A stretch of 64,000 bases of DNA from an uncultured Clostridia bacterium (GTDB lineage Bacteria > Bacillota > Clostridia > TANB77 > CAG-508), in contig CALXFG010000001.1 of the NCBI GenBank assembly GCA_944387505.1, positions 81,549 to 145,548 of the forward strand, written 5' to 3'. Under the pieces are notes generated by a model. It was given only the letters and a program-made list of their open reading frames with translations. It had not been told where the DNA came from and made no database searches. Shown piece by piece: positions 32,838 through 44,400 of the stretch (positions are counted from its first letter, which is position 1; every line of letters starts with the position of its first letter). The translations under genes and the position numbers were made by a program.

Positions 32838-33987
32838 TAATCAAATCAGTAGCTTTTTAACGATTAGTTTAATTTTGTTAGTATGTGTATTCTTTGTATT
32901 ATTAGTTATACTTGTTGTATTAATGCTTAAAGAAAAAAGTTCTCAAAAAAGAAGTTATACAGGAAATAAGGATTTACCAGATGAAGACAAGAAAGTAAAA
33001 AAAGATGTTGAATATAATAAAAATTCCATCTTTGATTTTATGGAGTTTGACAAAGTTGAAGATAATATGATTATTAGAAAAAAAGGAAAACAATTCATCA
33101 TGGTTATTGAATGTCAAGGTGTCAATTATGATTTAATGTCTGGTTTGGAAAAAAACAGTGTTGAACAAGGCTTTTTACAATTTCTAAATACATTACGATA
33201 CCCAATACAATTATATATTCAAACAAGAACTGTAAATTTAGGAAGTAGTATCAATAGATATAGAGAAAAATTGAAAGTAATAAGAGATGAATATCTGAAA
33301 AAACAAATGGAATATAACTCAATGGTGAATTTAAATGATGAATATAGTGCAAAAGAAATTAATAATGCTAGATATGAACTAATAAAAGCACAAAACTTGT
33401 ATGAATATGGTTTAGATATTGTTAATAATACGGAAAAAATGAACCTTAATAAAAATATTTTGAAAAAACATTATTATGTTATTATATCCTATATTCCAGA
33501 AGAAAATAATAATACCGTATATGATGAAGAAGTAAAAAATATGGCTTTTTCTGACTTATATACAAGAGCACAAGCATTAATTAGTTCTTTGAGTGTATGC
33601 GATGTATCAGGAAAGGTATTAGATAGTGAAGAATTAGCAGAATTATTATACATAGCATATAACAGAGATGAATCTGAAACCTATCAATTAGATAATGCGC
33701 TAAAAGCAGGAGTAGATGAATTATATTCAACAGCTAAAAATGTATTAGATAAACGAATGGAAGAAATTAATGCAGAAATTCAGGCAAAAGCAAATATTGA
33801 AGCAAATGATGCTGCTGTGGAAGCTATGATGAATCAAGATAAACTAAGAAGAGCAAAACAAAAAGAAGAAAGAATGAACCAGCTAATTGAAGAAGTGGCC
33901 AAAGATTTATTAGATGAAAATGAAGAAATATTAGGTGAGGATGTTGTAAAAGAGGCTAAAAAAATAGTTAGCAAAAAAGCTAAATAA
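32830..33987 (+). CDS. T4SS-associated membrane-anchored protein (385 aa)
   Basis: N-terminal TM helix, then a region that resembles a VirB4 N-domain and is paralogous to the protein at 10375-10890. Coiled-coil C-terminus. Confidence 0.45.
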   Translation: MSDNQISSFLTISLILLVCVFFVLLVILVVLMLKEKSSQKRSYTGNKDLPDEDKKVKKDVEYNKNSIFDFMEFDKVEDNMIIRKKGKQFIMVIECQGVNYDLMSGLEKNSVEQGFLQFLNTLRYPIQLYIQTRTVNLGSSINRYREKLKVIRDEYLKKQMEYNSMVNLNDEYSAKEINNARYELIKAQNLYEYGLDIVNNTEKMNLNKNILKKHYYVIISYIPEENNNTVYDEEVKNMAFSDLYTRAQALISSLSVCDVSGKVLDSEELAELLYIAYNRDESETYQLDNALKAGVDELYSTAKNVLDKRMEEINAEIQAKANIEANDAAVEAMMNQDKLRRAKQKEERMNQLIEEVAKDLLDENEEILGEDVVKEAKKIVSKKAK

Positions 33988-33999
33988 GGAGGAAAGAAA

Positions 34000-35952
34000 A
34001 TGTTTGGTAAAAAGAAAGAAACGGCTAAAGTAGAGACAGTAGAAAAAGAAAAAGTAAATTTCTTAAGGAAAAAAACAATTAAAGAAATCATTGCACCATC
34101 AGGAATCGATGCTAGTAATATAGATCATTTAGAAATAATCTCTAATACAAAAAGATATGCTAGAAGCTTTTTTGTTTCACAATTACCAAGAATGTGTACC
34201 TTTCCAGAGTTATTTAGAGATTTATATCTTTTTGGAGATATTAATACTTCTATATTTATTAATCCAGTAAAAGAAGAAAGATCTCAAAATGAACTAAATA
34301 GAGTGATTAATGAATTAGAGACAGAAAGAATTGTAGCAATGGATAAAGGAAATATCAATAGAGAGAGTACAATCACACAAAAAAGATTAGAAGCAGAACA
34401 ATTAAGAGATGAAATTGCAGCAGGATTTAATAAATTATATGAAGCTTCCATTGTAGCAACACTTTTTGCATATAACTTAGAGGATTTAGATAGAGATACA
34501 AAAATGTTGACTTCAGAAATGTCAAAAACCTTAGTAAATATAAAAACAGCATGGGGAATACAAGAGGAGGCATTTCAATCAAATTTACCATTATTAGAGG
34601 ACAAAGTAAAAAAGATTCATACATTTGATAGAAACTCAATGGGAACAGTTTTTCCGTTTACAACTTCAGAAGTAGGTCACGCTAGTGGAGTTCCTATTGG
34701 ATTCAATAAACAGACGGGAACGCCAATTCTGTTTGATAATTTCCATCCTTCATTAACCAATTATAATATGGTTATATTTGCTAAATCTGGTGCTGGAAAA
34801 TCTGTTACTATGAAAACATTAGTATCCAGATCTTCTGTTCTTATGGGAATAGAAAGTTTGGCACTTGATGCAGAAGGTGAGTATACAATTGTGGCCGAGA
34901 GCTTAGGCGGAATCAATGTTGTTATTAGCCCAAACTCTAAAACAGTTATCAATTTATTTGATGTAGAAGTAGAAAGAGTAAAAGATGAAATTACAGGAAA
35001 AGAAAGAACAGTATTAAATATTGAAAATAAAGTGGAAGATGTTACGCAAGCTTTACTTACAATGGCAAAAGGAAGTACAAGAAGTACAGAAGTAAATGAG
35101 CTTACAAAACAGATTATTGCTGAATCAGTAGCAGAAGAATATGCAAGTTTAGGAATTACGAATAATCCTAATAGTTTATATAAAACAGTTAACATGGGAT
35201 TAAGAGGTGATAATTTATTCCAGAAAGAGAAGAAAGAGATGCCAACAATAGGCAGTTGGTATAAAAGAATTCAAGAAAAAGCTAGGGATAATAAGAATCC
35301 GGATTATCAATTTCACTATAGTTATTTATTAAAAGTAATGAGACAATATGTTAGAGATTTTGATGGTCAAATGGCATATTTTGATGGACAATCTACTTTT
35401 GATTTATTGGAAGGAGCACCATTTATCAATTTGGATATTTCGCAATTAGAAGAAAGATTTGCAAGACCACTTGCACAACAAATTTTACTTTCATGGATTT
35501 GGGAAAAATTTGTTAAGAAAAATAGTGAAGATAGAAGAAAAGCTACACAAAAAAGAGTTTTAGTAGATGAAGCTTGGATGTTACTTCCATATCCAGAAGC
35601 AGTAGACTTTTTAAATAAAATGGCTAGACGTGCTAGAAAAAGAAATGTATCATTGGCAATTATCTCTCAAAGATTCCAAGATTTTTATGAAAAACCAGAA
35701 GCACAAGCAGTTTTAACATCATCAGATACAAAATTATTTTTAGCACAAGATAAATCAGAAATTCAATATTTAAAAGAAGTATTTAAATTATCAGAGGGAG
35801 AAGCCAACTTTTTAGTTACATGTCAAAAAGGTGAAGGCTTACTAAAAGTTGGAGCAGATACAGCCATATTAAAAATTGTACCAACGAAAAAAGAATTTGA
35901 ATTTGTGGAAACAAATTTAAATAAATTAGCTCAAAGAAAACAAGATAGATAG
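34000..35952 (+). CDS. VirB4/TcpF/PrgJ-family T4SS ATPase
   Basis: Walker A IFAKSGAGKSVTMKTL, Walker B VLVDEAWMLL, and the C-terminal AIISQRFQDF motif. Confidence 0.85.
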   Translation: MFGKKKETAKVETVEKEKVNFLRKKTIKEIIAPSGIDASNIDHLEIISNTKRYARSFFVSQLPRMCTFPELFRDLYLFGDINTSIFINPVKEERSQNELNRVINELETERIVAMDKGNINRESTITQKRLEAEQLRDEIAAGFNKLYEASIVATLFAYNLEDLDRDTKMLTSEMSKTLVNIKTAWGIQEEAFQSNLPLLEDKVKKIHTFDRNSMGTVFPFTTSEVGHASGVPIGFNKQTGTPILFDNFHPSLTNYNMVIFAKSGAGKSVTMKTLVSRSSVLMGIESLALDAEGEYTIVAESLGGINVVISPNSKTVINLFDVEVERVKDEITGKERTVLNIENKVEDVTQALLTMAKGSTRSTEVNELTKQIIAESVAEEYASLGITNNPNSLYKTVNMGLRGDNLFQKEKKEMPTIGSWYKRIQEKARDNKNPDYQFHYSYLLKVMRQYVRDFDGQMAYFDGQSTFDLLEGAPFINLDISQLEERFARPLAQQILLSWIWEKFVKKNSEDRRKATQKRVLVDEAWMLLPYPEAVDFLNKMARRARKRNVSLAIISQRFQDFYEKPEAQAVLTSSDTKLFLAQDKSEIQYLKEVFKLSEGEANFLVTCQKGEGLLKVGADTAILKIVPTKKEFEFVETNLNKLAQRKQDR

Positions 35953-36138
35953 TTGGAGGAAAAAATGAAATTTTTTGAAAACAAAAAAACTTTAAAGAAA
36001 ATAGCGATAATGATACTTATGGTATTGCTTTTCCAATTTGGTTTTGCAACACCAGTAAAAGCGGATGATGAAGGAAATGGGGGAATATTACTCAGTCCGA
36101 TTGTTGCTTTAGTTGTTGCATTAGCTGATCGGAGCTAA
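35953..36138 (+). CDS. Small secreted or membrane protein (61 aa)
   Basis: Signal peptide MILMVLLFQFGFATPVKA followed by a hydrophobic helix. Start codon is adjacent to the VirB4 stop. Confidence 0.4.
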   Translation: MEEKMKFFENKKTLKKIAIMILMVLLFQFGFATPVKADDEGNGGILLSPIVALVVALADRS

Positions 36139-36145
36139 TACTATT

Positions 36146-36427
36146 TTGCATGAAGTCATTATGGGCCAAAGTGAGATAGGTATCGATGTGGATTTAGATC
36201 CAGATACACCTTGGTGGCAAACCTTATTAAAAGTTCTCTTAGTAGTGGCAGCAGCTGTTGCTGTTGTGGCTTTGATTGTAACGTTTACACCAGCTACTCT
36301 TTCAATAATATGGGGAGCTGTTAAAACAGCAGGAACTTTTCTGGCTGCTACTGGTTTAACATCTGTAATTGCAGTAGGAGGAACAGTAGCGGCAGCCTCA
36401 TCTTTACTGGCGAGTCGGATATTCTGA
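36146..36427 (+). CDS. TcpD-like small Ala-rich membrane protein (93 aa)
   Basis: Two Ala/Val-rich TM helices. Locally GC-rich, so the antisense ORF 36121-36459 is an artefact. Confidence 0.45.
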   Translation: MHEVIMGQSEIGIDVDLDPDTPWWQTLLKVLLVVAAAVAVVALIVTFTPATLSIIWGAVKTAGTFLAATGLTSVIAVGGTVAAASSLLASRIF

Positions 36428-36431
36428 TAAT

Positions 36432-38966
36432 ATGTTTTTACCCTTATTTTCATTTTCACCAGAGGAAATATTTAAAGGAGATATTTTATTATTTGATGTA
36501 AATTTCTTTAATCCTCAAAAGGAAGTTTATGCTAGAACAGAAATTACAACAACAACTTCAACAACAAGCACATCAGTTGACGGAGTGACTACACCTCCGA
36601 CAGACCAAACAGATACCACAGAAAGAGATATTTTAATTACAAGTGATACAGATTTACAAAAAGAACTAGACCATAGTGATGAATCATCAACAGATAGTAA
36701 TAATAATGGACTAGCATATACGACAACATCAACGAAAGTAGAAGAAAAAGTAAAATATTATTATTATATAAACGATGATGGAGAAGAAGTTGTTACTTCA
36801 AGACAAAATATGGCTTTAGAATTACAACCATTAGTTAGTCAATGGTATAATGCCATAAGAAATATTGCGATTGTAGCATCTATGTCAGTATTACTATATG
36901 TAGGAATCAGAATGCTATTATCTTCAGTATCACAAGAAAAAGCAAAATATAAGCAAATGCTAATTGATTGGGTAGTAGGCGTATGTTTATTGTTTTTTAT
37001 GCATTATATAATGGCCTTTTCAGTAGAAATTGTGCAAGCTTTTAATAAAATTATTAGTACAACAACAAGTGCAGTGGATATGGAAGATACTATAAAGAAT
37101 GGTAGCAATGGTTCAGCAGGACATCTTCAAGGTATGGATCAAATTGTATTAATGGAAGATGATGAGGAAGGGTATATTTCAGACAAATTAGAAGAATTAG
37201 GTATGAGTGAAGAATTGGTAGATGATAGTACAGATCCAGCTCAAATTATGTGGCCAACGAATTTAATGGGAATGCTAAGATTAAAAGCACAAGTTAGTTA
37301 TGGAGATATGGCCTTTGTGGGATATGGAATATGTTATGTTATTTTAGTATTGTTTACAGTATATTTCACATATGTATATTTAAGAAGGGTATTATATATG
37401 GCGTTTCTAACAATGATAGCTCCACTAGTTGCCTTAACATATCCTATAGATAAAATCAGCGATGGACAGGCCCAAGGATTTAATAAATGGTTAAAAGAAT
37501 ATATATTTAATTTATTAATACAACCATTACATTTACTATTATATACTTTATTAGTAACATCAGCTTATGAATTATCATCAACAAATCCAGTATATTCTTT
37601 AGTAGCAATTGGATTTATGATACCAGCAGAAAAATTAATGCGTAGTTTATTCGGATTTGAAAAAGCAAGTACGCCAGGTTCAGTTGCAGGTGCAGCTGCA
37701 GGTGCTGCTATGTTGAATTCAGGACTACAAAAGCTTTTACATAAAGAACCAGGCGGAAAAAATGGAAAAGGAAAAAATGGTGGTGGAGATGCAGATGGAG
37801 GAGATGAAGGAGCACCACCTAGAATAGGATATAATGCTAATGAGGAAGAAGATGAGGAAGAAGATGAGGCAGAACCTGGAGGTATAGATGCAGGTGGTGC
37901 ATCTGCTGCCGATGCAGCTCTTTATAATAATGAAGATCCTAGAACTAGAATGGAAAGAGAAGCATTAGAGGAGCAAATTGCGAATGGGGAGATAGACGAA
38001 TCAGAATTAACTAATGAGCAAAAAGCTTTATTGGAAAGGAATAATGTAGAAAATCAAGCTAATAATGAGGCAGAAGATCCAGGAATTAGAATGGAAAGAG
38101 AAGCATTAGAAGAACAAATTGCAGATGGTCAAATAAACAAAGATGAATTAACAGATGAACAAAAAGCTTTATTAGGAATGCCACAAAGTTTCAAAAGTAG
38201 ACTAAAAAATAGAGCTAAATCAAATACTTCAGCTAATAAGGATTTCTTACGTAGGGCAGGAAGTGCTGCAAGATATACACTACGACAAGGTGGTAGAAAA
38301 TTAACAAAAATGGCACCAAAAGCAATCAGAACAGGTGCAAAATTGGCAGCAGGAGCAGCATTAGGAGCAACAGCAGCAGCAGCAGGAGCAACAATTGGTA
38401 TAGCAACAGGAGACCCAAGTAATGCATTTACATTTGCAGCAGGAGCAGGTGTAGCAGGGGGAGCTTTAGGAACTTCAAGAGTCAATACAAATCCATCACA
38501 AACAAAATCAGCAGCACAAATTGCAAGAGAAAGAGCTTTTTGGGGAGAGGACTATGATAAACATGTAGCAGAAGAAAATATGAAGAAGTGGAAAAAAGAT
38601 GTTGATAAGAGAGACAATCTAGAAAGATACTTAGGAAGAGAAAAAACGAAAGAATTATATGATAATGGAACAATTGACAAATACTTAAAACATGAGATTA
38701 CAAGTGAAAAAGATATTGCAGCATTGGAAAGATTGCAAGAGAAAAATTCGGATATAAACTTCAAAGATGCTTTATTAGTATTTGATGCATATGATAAATA
38801 CGGAGATATAGACAGACAAAAAGACAAAGATAAAAAAGACATAAGAGGAGGATATGCAGAAAAATTCCAAAAAAGTGGTGCAAGTGAAAAAAGAGCTAAA
38901 GAGAAAGCAGAAAGAATTACAGGCTTAACAACAGATTTGGATAGTATCAAGAAAAATTTCCGTTAA
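36432..38966 (+). CDS. VirB6/TrbL/TcpH-like polytopic T4SS channel protein with a long repetitive C-terminal domain
   Basis: Thr-rich N-terminal segment and at least six central TM helices. The C-terminus has a Gly/Ala-rich low-complexity stretch and a ~46-aa internal direct repeat (DP.TRMEREALEEQIA.G.I...ELT.EQKALL). Confidence 0.7.
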   Translation: MFLPLFSFSPEEIFKGDILLFDVNFFNPQKEVYARTEITTTTSTTSTSVDGVTTPPTDQTDTTERDILITSDTDLQKELDHSDESSTDSNNNGLAYTTTSTKVEEKVKYYYYINDDGEEVVTSRQNMALELQPLVSQWYNAIRNIAIVASMSVLLYVGIRMLLSSVSQEKAKYKQMLIDWVVGVCLLFFMHYIMAFSVEIVQAFNKIISTTTSAVDMEDTIKNGSNGSAGHLQGMDQIVLMEDDEEGYISDKLEELGMSEELVDDSTDPAQIMWPTNLMGMLRLKAQVSYGDMAFVGYGICYVILVLFTVYFTYVYLRRVLYMAFLTMIAPLVALTYPIDKISDGQAQGFNKWLKEYIFNLLIQPLHLLLYTLLVTSAYELSSTNPVYSLVAIGFMIPAEKLMRSLFGFEKASTPGSVAGAAAGAAMLNSGLQKLLHKEPGGKNGKGKNGGGDADGGDEGAPPRIGYNANEEEDEEEDEAEPGGIDAGGASAADAALYNNEDPRTRMEREALEEQIANGEIDESELTNEQKALLERNNVENQANNEAEDPGIRMEREALEEQIADGQINKDELTDEQKALLGMPQSFKSRLKNRAKSNTSANKDFLRRAGSAARYTLRQGGRKLTKMAPKAIRTGAKLAAGAALGATAAAAGATIGIATGDPSNAFTFAAGAGVAGGALGTSRVNTNPSQTKSAAQIARERAFWGEDYDKHVAEENMKKWKKDVDKRDNLERYLGREKTKELYDNGTIDKYLKHEITSEKDIAALERLQEKNSDINFKDALLVFDAYDKYGDIDRQKDKDKKDIRGGYAEKFQKSGASEKRAKEKAERITGLTTDLDSIKKNFR

Positions 38967-39076
38967 TATAAAAGGGAGGAACTATATGATTATCTGTTAC
39001 ACAAGTGAAAATTTGTGATCATATAGTTTTTTCTTTAATAAAAACAGATGAAAATATCTATATCAAGGAGGATTTT

Positions 39077-40462
39077 GTGAAAAATTCAGGAAAGTTTAAT
39101 AAAAAAATAATGATTATCGTGCTACTTGTTATTTTTCTTATCATGATAGGAATAATAGGTGTCCTTCTTTTTCAAGAACAGTCTAAAGACGTAAACAATA
39201 CAGATTCACAACAAACGATAAACGAAACTGTAGGAACTGATTCACCACAAACATTTGAAGAAGTAAGTAATTATAATATATATTATACGGTAAAAGGTAT
39301 ATTAAATAATTATATAACAATGATAAGAGAAACAAATGGGGACGAGTATATTGATTTTGAAAGATTACAACAATCTAGGGACGAGGCAATTGCGGGATTA
39401 ATAGATGATTCAGTAAATTCAATATATAATATGCTTGATAGTAGTTATATAGAAGAAAAGAATATTACAGAAGAAGATATAAGAACTTTGGCAGAACAAT
39501 ATAGACAACAAGGAGATTATAGTAAAAATGTTGTATATAATCTAAAAATTAATGGAATGTATATGGCAGATATATCAACAGATATAAAGTTTATACTAGT
39601 AGAATTTAGTATAAATGGAAATGAGAACAATATGTTAATAAAACTAGATTTTCAAAATAGTACATATTCTATGTTTGGAGAAGAATATTTAAGTAGTAAG
39701 GGATATAACAAGGATACAGAAATTTCAAAGATAGAAATTAGTACAGATGCTATTGATTCTAATAATTATAATAGTTTTAATTTTGTAAATACAGATGATA
39801 AATATATCATTAATCAATATTTCTCAGAATATCAGACAAAATTATTAAATAATGTTGATTTTGCATATGAATTGCTAGATCAACAATATAGAGAAAATAA
39901 ATATGAAAATGCTCAAGAATTTAGCCAATATGTAGAGGAAAATTATGAATCTTTACAAAACGCATATTTAACAAAATATCAAATCAACCAATTTGATGAA
40001 TACAAAGAATATGTATGTTTGGATGAAAATAACAACTATTATATTTTTATTGAAAGAAGATTAACAGATTATAGTGTTATTCTAGACACATATACAGTTG
40101 ATTTAAAAGATTTTACAGATAAATATACTGTAGCAGATGTATCAACTAAAGTGGGAATGAATGTAGAAAAGGTGATAGATGCTATAAATGATGGAGATGT
40201 AAGATATGTTTACAACAAATTAGATGAAACATTCAGAAATAATACTTTTGGGAATATAGAAAATTTTAGAACATATGTAAATGAAAATTTCTATGACGAA
40301 AATGAAGTGGAATATTTAGAGTTTGCTGAAGAAGGAGATACATATATTTATAGTGCTAAAATAAAAAATGCACAAGAAGAAAATTCAGAAGGAAGAGAAA
40401 TTACACTTATCATGAGATTATTGGAAGGAACAGACTTTGTTATGTCATTTAATATGGAGTAA
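39077..40462 (+). CDS. TcpC/VirB8-like protein with an N-terminal TM anchor and two NTF2-like repeats
   Basis: GTG start at 39077 with an AAGGAGG RBS. One TM helix, followed by two repeated acidic, Tyr-rich domains of about 150 aa each. Confidence 0.5.
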   Translation: MKNSGKFNKKIMIIVLLVIFLIMIGIIGVLLFQEQSKDVNNTDSQQTINETVGTDSPQTFEEVSNYNIYYTVKGILNNYITMIRETNGDEYIDFERLQQSRDEAIAGLIDDSVNSIYNMLDSSYIEEKNITEEDIRTLAEQYRQQGDYSKNVVYNLKINGMYMADISTDIKFILVEFSINGNENNMLIKLDFQNSTYSMFGEEYLSSKGYNKDTEISKIEISTDAIDSNNYNSFNFVNTDDKYIINQYFSEYQTKLLNNVDFAYELLDQQYRENKYENAQEFSQYVEENYESLQNAYLTKYQINQFDEYKEYVCLDENNNYYIFIERRLTDYSVILDTYTVDLKDFTDKYTVADVSTKVGMNVEKVIDAINDGDVRYVYNKLDETFRNNTFGNIENFRTYVNENFYDENEVEYLEFAEEGDTYIYSAKIKNAQEENSEGREITLIMRLLEGTDFVMSFNME

Positions 40463-40478
40463 ATAAAGGAGAGGTCAA

Positions 40479-41447
40479 ATGAATAGATTCATTAGATGGT
40501 ATAATCAAAATAGAAAATCAATCTGGGCAACGATAGCGATAATAGTTATTATCATTGGTGTTATACAATTGATTAACTATTTTTATAAAGTAAGAAATGA
40601 AGAAGAATTAAGTAATTTAGGAAACCAAATTCAAAATACAACTATAAATTATAATTACAATAATGTAAGAATAGAAGACAATCGCTCTGGTTTAACAGGT
40701 GAAGTAATTTCAGAAAATCAAGAAACAGAAATAGGCGTAATAGATGATTTTATAAATTACTGTAATGAAAATAATCTGCAAAGTGCTTATGATTTGCTGA
40801 CAGATGAATGTAAAGAAGAAATGTATCCTACATTAGAAGATTTTCAAGAAAGTTATTATAATCAAGTATTTAATAACGTAAAGAAAAATGTATCAGTGGA
40901 AAATTGGATAAAAAATATATATAAAGTAAATTTCAATGAAGATTTTTTATCAACAGGTAGATATTCTAAAGAAAATACAATTCAAGATTATATAACTGTG
41001 GTAGCAGTGAATAATCAATATAAATTAAATATAAATGGATATATTGGAAGAGAAGAAATTGCAAAATCAAAAGAAGATAATAATATTACAATAGAAGTAG
41101 AGACGACAGATATTTATATGGATTATCAATTTTATAAAATAAAAGTGACAAATCACTCAGAAAATACAATTTTACTAGATGATGGGGTTAATATCAATGC
41201 TATGTATATAGAAGATGAAAATGGAAATCAATATTCTGCATATACGCATGAATTAAATGAAGGACAATTAATTGTTAGTCCAAGAGAAACAAAAGAATTA
41301 GAAATTAGATATTATAGTAAATATGCCTCTGAAAAGAAAATAGATAAAGTTGTATTTTCAAGAATGATACTAAATAATGAAACATATACAACATTTCAAA
41401 ATAAAAGCTTATATCGTAATTATGGTAATTTTGAAATACCAATTTAG
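40479..41447 (+). CDS. Membrane-anchored T4SS accessory protein, possibly VirB8/PrgL-like
   Basis: N-terminal TM helix (WATIAIIVIIIGVIQLI) followed by a globular Y/N-rich domain. Confidence 0.4.
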   Translation: MNRFIRWYNQNRKSIWATIAIIVIIIGVIQLINYFYKVRNEEELSNLGNQIQNTTINYNYNNVRIEDNRSGLTGEVISENQETEIGVIDDFINYCNENNLQSAYDLLTDECKEEMYPTLEDFQESYYNQVFNNVKKNVSVENWIKNIYKVNFNEDFLSTGRYSKENTIQDYITVVAVNNQYKLNINGYIGREEIAKSKEDNNITIEVETTDIYMDYQFYKIKVTNHSENTILLDDGVNINAMYIEDENGNQYSAYTHELNEGQLIVSPRETKELEIRYYSKYASEKKIDKVVFSRMILNNETYTTFQNKSLYRNYGNFEIPI

Positions 41448-41468
41448 TACAAGTAATAGGAGAATTGT

Positions 41469-44400
41469 ATGGATGAAGAAGTAAAAAATCAATTGAAGCG
41501 TAATTGGAGAATAATATCAAAACGATTATTAAGGGTAGGAATTGTAGTTCCTCTTATAGTGATCATTATTTTGGCTGCGTCGGTTTATCAAATAAAAGTA
41601 GAAGATGGAACATTTGAAGAAGATGACTGGTCAAATACACAGTATGGTGCTAGTCAATATACAAGTAGTGTTTCTATTGGAACAGATGGAAGTATGACGA
41701 CGAATATGACGGCACAGGAATTATGGGACAAGTTAAGAGAGGAAAATGGTAGAGTCAATTTATATCTTGATGGACCAGAAAAATTGCAAAAACTAATGAA
41801 TGCAGAACTGGTAACACAATATTTAGATACAAGAGGAGAAGACGAAATAGATGATCCAATTGATTGGGATAAAATATCAGATGTTAATTCTAATGAAGTG
41901 CAAGGAATTATAAAATTAAAAAGAGCACAAGCTGATGGAACTACCATAACCATGACGTATAAGGATCCAGAGACTTTCCAATCATATATTGATGCGTATA
42001 ATAGTAGTGGTTCAGAAAGTGATAGAAATAGAGCATTAAGTTATTTTACATTAGAACAATCAACAATTGCGAATGGTTCAGCAACACCAATACAGGCAGG
42101 TGAAACCATCTATATTCCAGATGGATTAGGATCTTCACACACGTATATGGGATGGCAACAGATAACAGCAACTGACTCCAATCAATATAAACTAAGAGAA
42201 CAAGCGGGGATGAATTTTGATGAGGAAGGTTTTGGACGAATTAATGGTCGATATGTGATTGCTTGTACAACAACATTTGGTGAAGTAGGAGATTATGTGG
42301 ATTTTTATCAAGCAGATGGAACTATTATACCATGTATTATAGGAGATATAAAAAATCAAACGGATGATGGATGTACAGAATGGGGACATGATAATGGTTT
42401 AACAGTTGTTGAATTTGTCGTAGATTATGATTCTTGGTATAACCCAGACCATGTTAATCCAGGTACACCAAATTGTCATCCAGAATGGCATCAGAACCTT
42501 ATAAAAGCAGTAAATGGAGGAAGTTATTTTGACAATCCTAATTTTGGAGAGGAAGATATTAAACCAAATGAAGATTCTGATCCTGGTTCAGGAACAAGTG
42601 GAAGTGAATTATATTGGCCAACAGATGGAACTAATGTAACATCAGAATTTGGGCCAAGAACTTCAACATCAAGTGTTGTATCAAGTGATCATAGAGGAAT
42701 TGATATAGGTGTATCGACCGGTACAAATGTATATGCATGTGAAGCAGGGACGGTAACAACTGCAGGATGGAGTGATTCCGCAGGAAACTGGGTAGTAATT
42801 GATCATGGTAATGGTTATGTGACAAAATACATGCATAATAGTCAACTTTTGGTTTCAGCAGGAGATACAGTAGAAAAGGGACAAACAATTGCAAAGTCAG
42901 GTAATACGGGAAATTCAACAGGACCACATCTTCATTTCCAAATAGAATATAATGGAACAGCTGTAGATCCATTAAACTTTAAATATAATAATGGTATGGG
43001 AAGTGGAACAGGAGGAATTGGAAGTAGTACAGGAGGAAGTTCAAATTCAACAACAACTACATATTATGCAAAAGTGGCAACGTGGAATCAAGTAACAGAT
43101 ACGGTAGAGTCAGATGACCCAGATGTTGAAAGTTATTCAACCACAACATATAATATGACAACTACAAACATTAACTATCAAGAATTTGTAAAAGGATATA
43201 CAATGCCATTTGATTATTTATGGGTTTTATTAGTTATGAGTGAAGATCAAGATTTTGTATTAGACTTAGCAGATTTAGTTTTAAATAGTGATATAGAAAT
43301 TACCGTACATGATAATTTATCAGTTAATACAAATGTTAATACATATACCTATACAGAAAACGAAAAAATTATATCAAGAGATGTAAGAATTGTAGGAAAT
43401 TCACAAATTAATGGATTAAAAATTGAATATCCAGCAGATTCTGCACCACATGTTAATTCAGTAGATAGAACAGTGGTACATACAGTTATTACAACAACAA
43501 ATACATTAGATATATCTTTAACAAAAGCAAATGTATGGATTGTAAATTATACAAAAGAATATACATATGAAGTTCCAGAAGATATAGTATCAGAAGGTGG
43601 TGCAGGTGCACTAGAAGATATAGCCTATACTGATGAACCAGATCACACAACACAAACTGATGATATTGGCTATGGAGAATCACAAAGGCAGTTGTATCAT
43701 AATCAGTGGGTACAAGCAAGTCCAGATATTGTTACAACACTAGAACGTGTTTATTCTGATTATTATTATTCTACAACCAATAGAAATGAGTCAATAACAA
43801 ATACTTTAGAAAGAAACACATATGTAGAACCTCCAAAAGCAGACATAATTGAAAAAACAAACAAAAATTCTACTGAGCCTAATTTTGTAACAATCCTATT
43901 AGATGGTGGTAATCGTAAAGCAAAACATGCTATTTTGGGTGCTTCTGAATGGTTATTTGATTTATTAGAAAAAAATGAAAATAGAATAGACCCAGTCATG
44001 ATTGATTTGACAAAATACTTACTATATAAAGCATCAGGAAATGAAAAGTATTGGGATCCAGATGAACCATTTGACTTTAGTATATTTGATCCAGATAATT
44101 TTGCAAGTAATGATAATGGTTCAAGTGGTATAGAAGGTGTACCTGGACAAATCTATGATTACTTACTTAAAAAAGGAGTACCGCCAGTAGGAGCAGCGGC
44201 AATATTAGGAAATATGGATGGAGAAACAGGAGGTACATTTGATACAAGTTTGGTAAATGGTACTGGCCATTCTGGTTTATGCCAATGGGGTGGAGGAAGA
44301 TTACAAAACTTAAAGAGATTGGCAAATAGTAAAGGAAAAGATTGGACAGATGTAGAAGTACAATTAGATTTTCTATGGCAAGAATTGAATGATTCGTATT

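Noticed and set aside
36121-36459. 112-aa minus-strand ORF overlapping the TcpD-like gene
   Set aside because: An artefact of a locally GC-rich, Ala-codon-rich sense strand. Its Ala/Thr/Val-rich translation has no start context. The antisense ORFs 38129-38485, 38482-38673 and 38552-38950 inside the VirB6-like C-terminal repeat region are rejected for the same reason.
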